This document shows, piece after piece, positions 46,613 to 56,636 of a stretch of 64,000 nucleotides of DNA. The DNA comes from Betaproteobacteria bacterium. Its GTDB lineage: Bacteria > Pseudomonadota > Gammaproteobacteria > Burkholderiales > SG8-39. The notes under the pieces are model-generated. The model did not search any database, was not told the DNA's origin, and saw nothing but the letters and a program-made list of their open reading frames with translations. The translations under genes and the position numbers were made by a program. Positions within the stretch are counted from its first letter, which is position 1; each line of letters starts with the position of its first letter. The stretch lies in the NCBI GenBank assembly GCA_022340285.1, contig JAJDOG010000002.1, positions 84,881 to 148,880 on the forward strand, read 5' to 3'.

Positions 46613-47233
46613 ATGGCAAAACGAGCATCCACCGAGCGACGCAAGGCGCCTTACTGCACGACGCGCGAGGCGGCCGGCTTGCTCGGCGTCTCGGTGCGCA
46701 CGGTGCAGCTCTGGGCCGAAAGCGGCGTGCTGGAAGTGTGGAAGACCGAGGGCGGGCATCGCCGCATCGGCGTCGACTCGCTCAACAGGTTCATGGCGGG
46801 CGAAGTGCCGGCGCCGCAGCGGGGCCGTGCTTCCGAGCCTTTCAAGATCGTGGTGGCGGATGACGACACCGCGTTGCTCAGGCTCTATCGGATTCGCGTG
46901 CAGGGATGGGACCCGCGCACCGAGGTCTACGCGGCCCGTGACGGAGTCGAGGCGCTGCTGCTGGTCGGGCGCGAGCAACCCAACATGCTGATCACGGAGG
47001 CCGTGCTGCCGGGGCTCGACGCGATGGCGATGATCCGTGCACTCGCCAATCACCCGCAGTACTCGGGCCTAGAGATCATCGTCGTGACGGCTCTGACCCC
47101 TGCTGCGCTCGCAGGACGGGGTGGATTGCCGGCGGAAATCCGTGTTCACACAAAACCGGTACCATTCGGGGAGCTCGAGCGCGAAGTGCGCTCGGCCGCA
47201 CACGGGTGGCAAACACTCGTCGCGGCTACTTAG
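46613..47233 (+). CDS. Excisionase/MerR-type HTH fused to an atypical receiver domain
   Basis: The HTH is YCTTREAAGLLGVSVRTVQLWAESGVL. The receiver is KIVVADDD..MLITEAVLPGLDA..VVTAL..HTKP, with Glu where the phospho-Asp is expected. Start uncertain (46502 or 46613). Confidence 0.75.
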   Translation: MAKRASTERRKAPYCTTREAAGLLGVSVRTVQLWAESGVLEVWKTEGGHRRIGVDSLNRFMAGEVPAPQRGRASEPFKIVVADDDTALLRLYRIRVQGWDPRTEVYAARDGVEALLLVGREQPNMLITEAVLPGLDAMAMIRALANHPQYSGLEIIVVTALTPAALAGRGGLPAEIRVHTKPVPFGELEREVRSAAHGWQTLVAAT

Positions 47234-47342
47234 GCGATTCCCGAGGGTCGAACAAGGAGGGGGAAGCCTGAATGAGCGAGATGAACAATAGTCGTGGCCG
47301 CGCATGCGGCGACACCCCAATGCGTGGGGCGCAGGGGGCGGA

Positions 47343-49520
47343 ATGATTGATTCGAAGCAACTCCTGCACGAGCTCGCACGGCTCAAGGCTCGGCAGGTGG
47401 CAGCAGGCTTACAGGTATCGAAGGCGTCCCAGGGGGCGCAATTCTCCCAGGGGGCACAAGAGCCATCTCGCAGCGCGCGTGGTCATGGCGCGTCAATGCA
47501 GACCGTTGCGCGCAACCCAGGCGCGGCGCCGCTCGAGCTGCATCTCGTCACCGATTTTGGCGGGCGCGTGCTGGAATGCGACGCGGATCTCGCGATGCTC
47601 CTCGCGGGCGAGACCGAGTTGAAGGGGGCAGGGATCGACGATTTCGTCGCGATGTCGGGCCAACCCGAATTCACGGCACTCTTCGACAGGATTCGCGCAG
47701 CGAGCTGCACCGACACCTTCAGCTGGCGTGGCGCGCTGCGGACGGCGCGCACCGGCGACGTGCAGGTGATCGCTAGCCTGATCGCGCACCCGGGAGGCGC
47801 CGGCACGCTCAGCTGGCTGCTGCGCGTGCAAGAGGCGAACGGGGCGGGAACCCCGCGGCACGCCCTTCCCGATCTCGCGTTTGCGACCGCCACGGATCCG
47901 ATGATGCTCACCGATCCGCGCGGACGGATCCTCGCGGTGAATCCTGCGTTCACGCGACTCACCGGATTCGATGCTGAAGCCGTGGTGGACAGGCCGGCCA
48001 GCATTTTGCGTTCCGGGCGCCACGCGCCGGGATTCTTCGAGCGGATGTGGAGGCGTCTCCGCGAGACCGGCGAGTGGTCGGGGGAGATCTGGAATCGCCA
48101 CGCGAACGGCGAGGAGCGCCAGGCGTGGCTGGCGATCTCGAGCGTCTCGGATGCGAACGGCGGTATCGGCGGCTATCTCGCGCTGATGCAGGATTTTTCG
48201 GTATTCAAGGACGCCGAGTCGCGGCTTCACCATCTCGCGCACCACGATCCGCTCACCGGATTGCCGAATCGCCTCCTGTTCCAGGACCGTGTCGCGCAGC
48301 AGATCGCGCTTGCCAAGCGTACCGACGAGCACGTATTTCTGCTCTTCATGGATCTCGATCGGGTCGATGTCGTCCGCGAGGCCTTCGGGCACGAGGTCGC
48401 CGATCGGCTCGTGTATCAGGCCGCTGCGCGTGTGCGTGCCGCGGTGCGCGAGCAGGACACCGTGGCGCGACTGGGCGGCGACGCGTTCACCGTGCTGGTG
48501 CCGCGCATGAAGAGCCACCAGGATGCAAGCACCGTCGCCGGAAAGCTTCTCAAAGCGATGCTGCCGCCGTTCCTGGTGAACGATCGCGCGGTGTGTGTCT
48601 CGGCGAGCATCGGCATCGCGGACTTTCCAGGTCATGCGTCGAACGCGACCGCACTGCTAGAGGGCGCCGAGCAGGCGGCCGCCACGGCCAAGCGAAGCGG
48701 TGGGGGATGCATACGCGGATACGCACCCGATTCGTCGCGTGTGGACGGCGTGGAGCCGAATATCGAGGGAGCGCTGTCCCGGGCGCTCGAGCGTAATGAA
48801 CTAGAGCTTCACTATCAGCCTCAGGTGGATGCGGCCACCGGCCGGATCGCCGGTGCCGAGGCGCTGCTGCGCTGGCACCATCCTTCGTTCGGAGCGCTGA
48901 CCCCTAGCGAATTCATTCGCGTTGCGGAGCGGACCGGCAAGATCGTGCCGATCGGGGAATGGGTGATCCGCGAGGCCTGCCGCCAGAGCCGGGCGTGGCA
49001 GGATGCCGGCTGTCCGACGATCCGGGTCGCCGTCAACGTTTCCAGCCGGCAACTCGACGATCCGAACTTCATCCCGATCATCGAAACCTCGATAGCCGCT
49101 TGCGGCCTGGATCCGTCGCTGCTCGAGATCGAGCTGACCGAAACCGATTTTGCCGAGTATTCGCCCGAGATGTTCCAGACGCTCGCGCGCTTGCACGAGC
49201 TCGGCGTGAAGATCGCGATAGACGATTTCGGGATCGGCTATTCGAGCCTCGACCGGATCAAGAAGCTTCCGGTGAGCCGGATCAAGATCGACCAGTCTTT
49301 CGTGCACGACCTGCTCGTTCATCGGCGCAGCGGCGCGATTGCCACGGCAATCATCTCGCTTGCCGGAGCGTTGCAGCTCGACGTGACCGCCGAGGGCGTG
49401 GAGAGCGAGGCCCAGTATCGCAATCTGCTCGAAAGGGGCTGTGCCGAGATGCAGGGCTACTTCTTCGGGCGGCCGATGCCGGCAGCCGATTTCTGGTCCC
49501 ATCTCATGGCCGCTGCGTAG
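47343..49520 (+). CDS. PAS / degenerate-GGDEF / EAL signalling protein (probable c-di-GMP phosphodiesterase)
   Basis: PAS segment MMLTDPRGRILAVNPAFTRLTGF. The GGDEF site reads GGDAF. The EAL motifs are intact (EALLRW, DDFGIGYSS, KIDQSF, EGVE, QGYFF). The ATG at 47304 is an alternative start. Confidence 0.9.
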   Translation: MIDSKQLLHELARLKARQVAAGLQVSKASQGAQFSQGAQEPSRSARGHGASMQTVARNPGAAPLELHLVTDFGGRVLECDADLAMLLAGETELKGAGIDDFVAMSGQPEFTALFDRIRAASCTDTFSWRGALRTARTGDVQVIASLIAHPGGAGTLSWLLRVQEANGAGTPRHALPDLAFATATDPMMLTDPRGRILAVNPAFTRLTGFDAEAVVDRPASILRSGRHAPGFFERMWRRLRETGEWSGEIWNRHANGEERQAWLAISSVSDANGGIGGYLALMQDFSVFKDAESRLHHLAHHDPLTGLPNRLLFQDRVAQQIALAKRTDEHVFLLFMDLDRVDVVREAFGHEVADRLVYQAAARVRAAVREQDTVARLGGDAFTVLVPRMKSHQDASTVAGKLLKAMLPPFLVNDRAVCVSASIGIADFPGHASNATALLEGAEQAAATAKRSGGGCIRGYAPDSSRVDGVEPNIEGALSRALERNELELHYQPQVDAATGRIAGAEALLRWHHPSFGALTPSEFIRVAERTGKIVPIGEWVIREACRQSRAWQDAGCPTIRVAVNVSSRQLDDPNFIPIIETSIAACGLDPSLLEIELTETDFAEYSPEMFQTLARLHELGVKIAIDDFGIGYSSLDRIKKLPVSRIKIDQSFVHDLLVHRRSGAIATAIISLAGALQLDVTAEGVESEAQYRNLLERGCAEMQGYFFGRPMPAADFWSHLMAAA

Positions 49521-50166
49521 CGCGCAGTCCGATGCTCAGCTCCCGCGCGAGCCAGTAAAGCACGACCGCATTCAAGAGGTGCCACGCGAAGTGGGTTCCG
49601 AGGGGAAGCCCGTGGCACAGCAGCGGATCGGCGGTGCGTAGCGCCAACGAGACGAGGAACAAGAGCGTCGCGCCCAGGAAAGCGCGCGCCGAGCCGCTTC
49701 CTATGCGCCAGAGATAGGCCGCCATCAGCGCGAGCGCGATGACGTACGGCAGGTATCCCGCCGAGCCGGTCGCGGGACCTGCCGGCAACATCTTCGGGAA
49801 CGCGTAGCTCAGCGCGGCGAACACGCATGCCCCGACCAGCGCGAGCGAGCCGCCGAGCCGTGCGGCGCGGGTGAGAAACAGAAACAGGAAGTAGGCGGCG
49901 AACACGAGAATGCTGAGCGTGTCGGCGAACGCGGCCCAGACCGTCGCCAGCGTATGGAAGAGAAAGCTTGCGACGCCGATCGCGCCGATCAGCACCGCGA
50001 GCGCGCGATCTTGCGGATCCACCCGCCGCAGCGCGCGGGACTGCGCCCACCAGAGCAGGGCAGCAGCCAGGAGAAATGCGAGATTCGTGAGCGCATTGAG
50101 CGGTTCCGACCAGAGTGTGAGATCGGTGCGCTCGCAGTAGATGTCGATCTGGCTCGACCAGGGCAT
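49504..50166 (-). CDS. Ceramidase-like integral membrane protein
   Basis: 220 aa from the ATG at 50166. IDIYCERTDLTLWSEPLNALTNLAFL is typical of the bacterial ceramidase-like family. About 7 TM. It overlaps the convergent EAL gene by 17 bp. Confidence 0.65.
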   Translation of the reverse strand: MPWSSQIDIYCERTDLTLWSEPLNALTNLAFLLAAALLWWAQSRALRRVDPQDRALAVLIGAIGVASFLFHTLATVWAAFADTLSILVFAAYFLFLFLTRAARLGGSLALVGACVFAALSYAFPKMLPAGPATGSAGYLPYVIALALMAAYLWRIGSGSARAFLGATLLFLVSLALRTADPLLCHGLPLGTHFAWHLLNAVVLYWLARELSIGLRATQRP

Positions 50167-50209
50167 CGGGGGCAAGTTTAGCGCCCCGGCGGCATCACGC
50201 CGCATGCGC

Positions 50210-51436
50210 TCACCGCGCGACGCGGTTGCGACCGGCCTTCTTGGCTCGGTAAAGCGCCTTGTCGGCGCTCTTGATGACTTTCTCGGGCGTGTCGAGGCGC
50301 TCGGTATGATGCGCGGCGCCGATGCTGACCGTTACCGAGACCTCGCGCGGCGCCTTGCCCGTGGACGCGCGCCGGCGCTTTCCGGTCCGGGTCCGCTTCG
50401 GGCGGTCCGGAGAGCGGATGGCCATCCTGTAATCCTCGATGCTAGTGCGCAGCGCCTCCAGGTGCGGCAGCACTTCCTCGAGGCTCTGCCTGGGGAACAC
50501 GATGGTGAATTCCTCGCCGCCATAGCGGTACGGCCGGCCACCCCCGCCGACTTCACGAATCTTTGCCGCCACCATGCGCAGCACCTGGTCGCCGACGTCG
50601 TGGCCGTAGGTGTCGTTGAATTTCTTGAAATGATCGACGTCCACCATGGCGATGGCGAATCGCCGGCCCAGGCCGAGCATGCGCTCGCCCAGTGCGCGAC
50701 GGCTTGGCAGGCCGGTCAGCTCGTCGCGAAACGCCATGCGGTACGAGTCCTGCAGCAGACCGATGGTCAGGATCAGCGCCGCCGCGAGCAGAAAGGTCGC
50801 GAAAGCGTCCGGCCGCGCGGCCGCGTCCGCCGCCGCGCCGAATGCATACAGCGCTCCCGCGACGGAGATGTCGATGGGCGACCGCGACAGGAGCGCCTTC
50901 GCCAGCACGACGGCGAAGGCGAGTGCGAGCAATACCAGACCCGCATGGGGGATGGGCGTGCCGCCCGCGAGCCAGGCGGGCAGAAAAGGCTGCGCGACCA
51001 ACTCGAGCGGCACGGCCTGCCGCTCGAGGCCGATCCAGGCCACGACGATCACCTGCAATGCGATGAGCAGCGCCTTGTTGCCGCCGTGCCCGTTGAAGAT
51101 GCCGCGCTCACGGAAGATCGCGAAGAGGGTCAGGTTGACCGGGACGAATACGCACATGGCGGTGTAGACGGTCCGGGCGGGCCAGCTCGCGAGGCCGCCC
51201 GTCATCCATTGGCGCGCCCCGAGGTAGGCGAGCGCGAGCGTGCAAAGCGCGAAGAAGACGCGGCCCCTGCTGAACGCCGCCGCCAGCATGGCGCCCAGAA
51301 GGAGCACACCCCAGGGCATCCACGTCCGGACGCCTTCGGGCATAGCGGCCGCGTGCGGCAGCAACAACCAGGCGGCGACCAGCACGACGGCCGGCACCCC
51401 GAGCGGACCCAGCGTTCGCAATACGGCGTTATGCAA
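50210..51436 (-). CDS. Membrane-anchored diguanylate cyclase (GGDEF)
   Basis: Multi-TM N-terminal region followed by DELTGLPSRR, DVDHFKKFNDTYGHDVGD and RYGGEEFTIVF. The start is uncertain (TTG 51436 after AGGAAG, or a downstream ATG). Confidence 0.85.
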   Translation of the reverse strand: MHNAVLRTLGPLGVPAVVLVAAWLLLPHAAAMPEGVRTWMPWGVLLLGAMLAAAFSRGRVFFALCTLALAYLGARQWMTGGLASWPARTVYTAMCVFVPVNLTLFAIFRERGIFNGHGGNKALLIALQVIVVAWIGLERQAVPLELVAQPFLPAWLAGGTPIPHAGLVLLALAFAVVLAKALLSRSPIDISVAGALYAFGAAADAAARPDAFATFLLAAALILTIGLLQDSYRMAFRDELTGLPSRRALGERMLGLGRRFAIAMVDVDHFKKFNDTYGHDVGDQVLRMVAAKIREVGGGGRPYRYGGEEFTIVFPRQSLEEVLPHLEALRTSIEDYRMAIRSPDRPKRTRTGKRRRASTGKAPREVSVTVSIGAAHHTERLDTPEKVIKSADKALYRAKKAGRNRVAR

Positions 51437-51792
51437 GCAACTTCCTAACCGAGCATCGAAGAACGCTTGGAGACGCCGTCTCTGCGCCGCGCCAGCGGGA
51501 GTTTCTCGTTGCCGATCAGGATCGTATCCTTCCGTGTCGCATTGCCGCGCGATTGTATCGACTCTTGGTGGCACGGCGGCGAAACGTGGGGCGCGCCGCG
51601 TGCGGTATGCCCGGTGACGCGTTGACAGGAGCGCCCGACACGGCCGTCTCGGGAAATCATTCGCCGACGGCGAAAAAGTTCTCGGTCTGTCGTATCGGTC
51701 GCTCGACGCGCGCGGGTGGCGGTGTAATATCGGCCGCGTGCGTTCGTCAGCTGTCATTCGCTCCGTGATTACTTGTTCGCTGTGCGCCCGCG

Positions 51793-52140
51793 ATGAAGCC
51801 TGATCTGGACAAGGGTTCTCTGCCCGCCGCGTACGTCAACGCGGAGATCCGTCGCACCGGTGCGGCGCTGCTGGTTTCCCATTTCACTTCGCAGTTGCGC
51901 GCCCGAGCGCTCACGCTTCGCTCGATCGTCTGGAACGACGGCCAGGGGGCGCATGACCGGCGCGATTGGCACACGTTTCAGATCTCGTCCGCGACCGCAA
52001 GCGCAAGCTTGCGGATCCGCGACGAGGACCTGCTTGCGGTCACGACCGACGAACGGATCGACGAGACTCCGGTGGGTGCGATCGTGCGCGACGTCCTGGA
52101 CAAGTTGGCGTGCGCGGAGCTCGCCGACGAAGCCGCCTGA
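51793..52140 (+). CDS. Hypothetical protein
   Basis: 115-aa ORF with a plausible composition. No motif recognised. Confidence 0.35.
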   Translation: MKPDLDKGSLPAAYVNAEIRRTGAALLVSHFTSQLRARALTLRSIVWNDGQGAHDRRDWHTFQISSATASASLRIRDEDLLAVTTDERIDETPVGAIVRDVLDKLACAELADEAA

Positions 52141-52260
52141 GCTCCGCGCCGCCTTGTCAAGGTGGCTCGGGTCGTTTAACTTCCGCGCAGCGCCAGTTCG
52201 CGCCGAACGTCTCGGTCCGGCGGCCTGCGCCGGCCTTGCGCATCGCGGGAGTTCGATAGC

Positions 52261-52680
52261 TTGAGAGACATCTTACGCGTGCTGGCGGTCCTGGCTGCAA
52301 CGGCCTGGGTCGCGCACGCGGGCGAAAACTGGATTCAGGTCCCCGGCGCCAAACGGGGAATCCACTTCGAAGTCGACGCGGAGAGCGTAATCGCTCGCGG
52401 CGGGCGCGTGGAGTTCTGGGAGCGCGTCGAGTACGAGAAGCCATCGATCAAGGACGAGGCATCGCTGCGCTGGATCAAGGTGAAAAAGGTCCTGCGCGTG
52501 ATGGATTGCAAGGCGCGCACGCAGGGCTTCCGCGAGGCGATGGCCTTCTCGACCGACGCCCGCCTGATCGAGCACGTGATGCTCGGCGGCGCGGGCATCA
52601 CCATGACTCCCATACCGCCCGGAACGATCGCAGCCTGGCAGCTTGACTGGGCGTGCGAGATTGCGAAAACGGCGCGCTGA
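52261..52680 (+). CDS. Secreted hypothetical protein
   Basis: Signal peptide MRDILRVLAVLAATAWVAHA. 139 aa with two Cys residues (MDCK.., ..WACE). TTG start. Confidence 0.55.
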   Translation: MRDILRVLAVLAATAWVAHAGENWIQVPGAKRGIHFEVDAESVIARGGRVEFWERVEYEKPSIKDEASLRWIKVKKVLRVMDCKARTQGFREAMAFSTDARLIEHVMLGGAGITMTPIPPGTIAAWQLDWACEIAKTAR

Positions 52681-52862
52681 GCGAATTTCCTTAGGCAGAC
52701 CTTAGCGATACGGTACGGTCTTGGCCGCGCAAGATTCTGCGTGCCGCTGCCTTATAATCCGACAATCATGTCATCTGGCAACCGTCACGTTGAGTTCGAC
52801 CGTCTGTTGTGCCGTTCGTTGTACCTCGTGCTACGCGCGGCGGCGTAACGGGCCCGGCAAGC

Positions 52863-53603
52863 ATGCGCATCCTGCTCAGCAACGACGACGGTTACTTTTC
52901 CCCGGGCCTGAACTTTCTCGCGGACTCCCTGGCCGGCCTGGGCGAGATTACGGTTGTCGCGCCGGAGCGCGACCGCAGCGGGGCGTCGAACTCGCTCACC
53001 CTCGACCGGCCGCTGACGGTGCGGCGCTCGGCGAACGGCTTCCTGTTCGTCAACGGAACGCCGACGGATTGCGTGCATCTTGCGGTGACGGGGCTGCTCG
53101 AGGACTTGCCGGAAATCGTGATCTCCGGAATCAATCTCGGTGCCAACATGGGAGATGACACGATCTACTCCGGCACCGTCGCCGCGGCCATGGAAGGTTA
53201 CCTGCTCGGGATTCCATCGATCGCGATGTCGCTCGCGAGCAAGGAGGGACGGCATTTCGCCACCGCCGCCCGCATCGCGTGTGAACTTGTCGAGCGATTT
53301 CGACGCGCGCCACCCGTGTATCCCATGCTGCTGAACGTGAATGTTCCGGATATCGCCCACGGGGAACTCGCGGGAATCGAGGTGACCCGCCTGGGCAAAC
53401 GCCACAAGGCGGAGCCGGTCATCAAGGCGGTCACGCCGCGCAATCAGACCGTGTACTGGATCGGCGCGGCCGGTGGCGCTCAGGACGCCGGACCCGGAAC
53501 GGACTTCCACGCAGTCGACGCGCGTCGCGTATCCGTCACTCCGCTCCAGATCGACCTCACGCATCAGCAGCAGATCGCGCTGGTACGCGACTGGCTCGGA
53601 TGA
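52863..53603 (+). CDS. surE: 5'/3'-nucleotidase SurE
   Basis: [49 protein letters not shown]. Confidence 0.95.
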   Translation: MRILLSNDDGYFSPGLNFLADSLAGLGEITVVAPERDRSGASNSLTLDRPLTVRRSANGFLFVNGTPTDCVHLAVTGLLEDLPEIVISGINLGANMGDDTIYSGTVAAAMEGYLLGIPSIAMSLASKEGRHFATAARIACELVERFRRAPPVYPMLLNVNVPDIAHGELAGIEVTRLGKRHKAEPVIKAVTPRNQTVYWIGAAGGAQDAGPGTDFHAVDARRVSVTPLQIDLTHQQQIALVRDWLG

Positions 53604-53610
53604 GATCGGC

Positions 53611-54270
53611 ATGACCCTCGCCCCCGCACCGGGTTCCGGCATGACGTCGCAACGCACGCGCGACCGCATGGTCGCGCGCCTGCGCGAATGCGGCGTCGCG
53701 GATGAGGTGGTGCTGGAGGCCATACGCGATGTGCCCAGGCACATGTTCGTGGACGAAGCCCTCGCGAGCCGTGCGTACGAGGACTCCGCACTGCCGATCG
53801 GATTCGAGCAGACCATTTCGCAGCCTTTGACGGTGGCGCGCATGCTCGAGGCCGTCCGTAACGGCAGGGAACTCGACCGGGCACTCGAGGTCGGAACGGG
53901 GTGCGGCTATGGCGCCGCGCTCCTGGCGCGCGTCGCAAAGGCGGCGTATTCGATCGAGCGCATTGCTCCGTTGCTGGAAAAGGCACGTGCCAATCTGCGA
54001 CCGCTGCGGATCCGGAACTTGCGGCTCGCGCATGGCGACGGATATCAGGGATTGCCCGAAGTGGCGCCGTTCAATGCGATCGTGGTGGCAGCGGCCGCGC
54101 CGCACGTGCCCAGGGCGCTCCAGGATCAGTTGGCAGTGGGAGGACGCATGGTCATCCCGGTCGGCACGGAAAACCAGGAGCTGCGGTTGATCGAACGGAC
54201 TTCGTCGGGATTCAAGGAGACACGCCTCGACGCGGCGCGGTTTGTGCCGCTGCGAGCGGGGAAGGGCTGA
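53611..54270 (+). CDS. pcm: Protein-L-isoaspartate O-methyltransferase
   Basis: QTISQP, the SAM-binding motif [15 protein letters not shown], and GGRMVIPVG. Confidence 0.95.
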   Translation: MTLAPAPGSGMTSQRTRDRMVARLRECGVADEVVLEAIRDVPRHMFVDEALASRAYEDSALPIGFEQTISQPLTVARMLEAVRNGRELDRALEVGTGCGYGAALLARVAKAAYSIERIAPLLEKARANLRPLRIRNLRLAHGDGYQGLPEVAPFNAIVVAAAAPHVPRALQDQLAVGGRMVIPVGTENQELRLIERTSSGFKETRLDAARFVPLRAGKG

Positions 54271-54274
54271 CACT

Positions 54275-55267
54275 ATGCGAGCGACTGCCTCCAGAGCGTG
54301 GATTGCATGGGCGCTGACCGGTCTTCTCGTGGCGGGCTGCGCGACGCGGACCCATGCGCCGGTTGCGGACCGAGAGGCGGCGCGGCCGCGCGCGCCAACC
54401 GTAGGACTGACTCAGCCGAGTACGTCGGGACGGCCGTCCACCTATGTCGTGAAGCGTGGCGACACGCTGTACAGCATCGCCACGGCAAACGGTATCGAGC
54501 CCCGCGAGCTGGCAGCGCTCAACAAGATCGACGATCCGAGCAGTCTGCGCGTGGGTCAGGTGCTGGTGTTGACGCCGCCACAGACCGCGTCCGGATCGGT
54601 GTCCGTGAACCCCGTCGCGACGACGGCGCCGGTCGAGGCACGGCCGCTTGGCGCGGCGAGTGCGCCGGCGTCCGGAACGGCGTCTCCGGCGACGGCGAGC
54701 GCTCCGGCGACCGGCGCTTCTGGTACCCCCGGGCTGAAGACGGGTCCGAAGGCCGTGAAGCTGCCGTACTCCGAAGAGAACCTCGCGTTGCTTCGCCGCG
54801 GCGAAGAAGTCCGTCCGGCTCAGGCCGAGCCCGCGGCACCGGTGAAGCCCGCCGCAACGCCTCCCGCCGCAGGCAGCGCATCGGGCGACGGTGGTCCGAA
54901 CTGGGCTTGGCCCGCGGCCGGCAAGATCGTGGGCACCTTCAAGCAGAGCGGAGGGAAGGGCGTCGCGATTGCCGGAAAGCTGGGCGATCCGGTCTACGCC
55001 TCGGCGGCCGGAACGGTCGTATACAGCGGCGAAGGTCTGCCCAGTTACGGCAAGCTCATCATCGTGAAGCACAACGACGAGTACCTCTCCGTGTATGCCC
55101 ATAACAGCGCGATCCTGGTGAAGGAAAAGCAGACTGTCGCGAAGGGCCAGAAGATCGCCGAGATGGGAACGAGCGGTGCAGGGGCTCCGAGCCCCCGTCT
55201 GCACTTCGAGATCCGCCGGCTCGGCAAGACCGTGGATCCGGAACAGCTGCTGCCAGAACGGCCATGA
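54275..55267 (+). CDS. nlpD: LysM/M23-peptidase lipoprotein NlpD
   Basis: Lipobox LLVAGC, LysM segment YVVKRGDTLYSIA, and M23 segment GKLIIVKHNDEYLSVYAHN..PRLHFEIR. Confidence 0.95.
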   Translation: MRATASRAWIAWALTGLLVAGCATRTHAPVADREAARPRAPTVGLTQPSTSGRPSTYVVKRGDTLYSIATANGIEPRELAALNKIDDPSSLRVGQVLVLTPPQTASGSVSVNPVATTAPVEARPLGAASAPASGTASPATASAPATGASGTPGLKTGPKAVKLPYSEENLALLRRGEEVRPAQAEPAAPVKPAATPPAAGSASGDGGPNWAWPAAGKIVGTFKQSGGKGVAIAGKLGDPVYASAAGTVVYSGEGLPSYGKLIIVKHNDEYLSVYAHNSAILVKEKQTVAKGQKIAEMGTSGAGAPSPRLHFEIRRLGKTVDPEQLLPERP

Positions 55268-56244
55268 TCTCCCGCTCCGTCCCGCCCGACGACGCGCGCG
55301 ACGATGAGGAAGACAAGCGGGCCGACGAGGAGCCCGAAGCCGGGGACGACCGCGCCGAAGGTGAGGGAGGCGCGATGTCAGCCGCGGAAGAGCCGGCGCC
55401 CGGCGCGGCGGAGTATCTCTCGGACGTCACCCAGATCTATCTGCACGAGATCGGCCTCAAGCCCCTTTTGACGGTCGAGGAAGAGCAGCGCTACTCGCGG
55501 CTCACCGTGCGGGGAGACTTCGAAGCGCGGCAGAAGATGATCGAGCACAACCTGCGGCTCGTCGTGAACGTCGCCAAGCAGTACATCAACCGCGGAGTGC
55601 CGCTGCTCGATCTCATCGAGGAGGGCAATCTCGGGCTGATGCACGCCCTCGAGAAGTTCGATCCGGAGCGCGGGTTCCGGTTTTCCACCTATGCCACGTG
55701 GTGGATCCGGCAGAACGTCGAGCGCGCGATCATGAACCAGTCCCGCACGATTCGACTGCCGGTGCACGTCATCAAGGAGATGAACACCGTGCTGCGCGCA
55801 CGCCGCCACCTCGAGATGCATGGCGACAGGGAGCCGCGCGTGGAGGACATCGCTCACCTTCTCGGCCGGCCGGCGGAGGACGTGCGGCGCGTTCTTTCGC
55901 ACAATGAGCACCTCGCCTCGCTCGATGCACCGCTCGACATCGACCCCATGCTTTCGATCGGCGAGTCGATCGCCGACGAGTCCGCCACGCTCCCGGAGGC
56001 GCGCCTCGCGAGCGCCGAAATCGAGGATTTGGTGCACGAATGGCTGGAGCAGCTCAATGCGAAGCAGCGCACCGTCATCGAGCGCCGCTTTGGCTTGAGT
56101 GGCGCCGAGATCGTCACGCTCGAGCACCTCGCCGAATCGCTCGGCGTGACCCGCGAGCGCGTGCGGCAGATCCAGCTCGAGGCGCTCGCCGAGCTGCGCA
56201 AGATCCTGCGCCGCCGCGGGCTCTCAAAAGACCAACTCCTCTAG
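55264..56244 (+). CDS. rpoS: RNA polymerase sigma factor RpoS
   Basis: Region 2 (RLVVNVAKQY, EGNLGLMHALEKFDPERGFRFSTYATWWIRQ) and region 4 (LGVTRERVRQIQLEAL), in the surE-pcm-nlpD-rpoS context. The ATG at 55375 is an alternative start. Confidence 0.9.
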   Translation: MISRSVPPDDARDDEEDKRADEEPEAGDDRAEGEGGAMSAAEEPAPGAAEYLSDVTQIYLHEIGLKPLLTVEEEQRYSRLTVRGDFEARQKMIEHNLRLVVNVAKQYINRGVPLLDLIEEGNLGLMHALEKFDPERGFRFSTYATWWIRQNVERAIMNQSRTIRLPVHVIKEMNTVLRARRHLEMHGDREPRVEDIAHLLGRPAEDVRRVLSHNEHLASLDAPLDIDPMLSIGESIADESATLPEARLASAEIEDLVHEWLEQLNAKQRTVIERRFGLSGAEIVTLEHLAESLGVTRERVRQIQLEALAELRKILRRRGLSKDQLL

Positions 56245-56539
56245 AGAACTAGGCGAATCGTCCCGCAACGCGCACAGGGGGACGGCCCGGTTCGGGCTCA
56301 TGGTGCCGCAAGGCGCGTCCTCGAGCGGGCACCCATAGGAGGGCACGCCTGCGGCCTTTAGGCGCCGGGCGGGCATGGCCGCTTTCAACGCAACCCGACT
56401 GCTTCAACGCGAGCACTCGCTCGCTGCACCGAAACGATGCGCGCAAGTCCGATTTGGTGCATGGCGCGCGCGGCGCTTGACTGGTGAGACAGTCCACTTG
56501 TTCTGCACGATCAATGCGATAACGCATCGCGTCGGTGCG

Positions 56540-56555
56540 TGGCACGGTCGTTGCA
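56540..56555 (+). promoter_or_regulatory. Sigma-54 (-24/-12) promoter for urtA
   Basis: TGGCACG-GTCG-TTGCA is an exact match to the consensus TGGCACG-N4-TTGCW. It lies about 80 nt upstream of the urtA ATG. Confidence 0.8.
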
Positions 56556-56636
56556 ATTCGCGCACTGGGCAAACACACGCTTGCCGCAATACGGCTCACG
56601 GGCCGTTGCCGACCAACTTGCAAAAGAGGAGATGCA

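Noticed and set aside
52753-52758. Perfect TATAAT upstream of surE as a promoter -10 element.
   Set aside because: There is no acceptable -35 element at 16-19 nt spacing and no extended -10 TG. It is too weak to call as a feature without transcription-start data.
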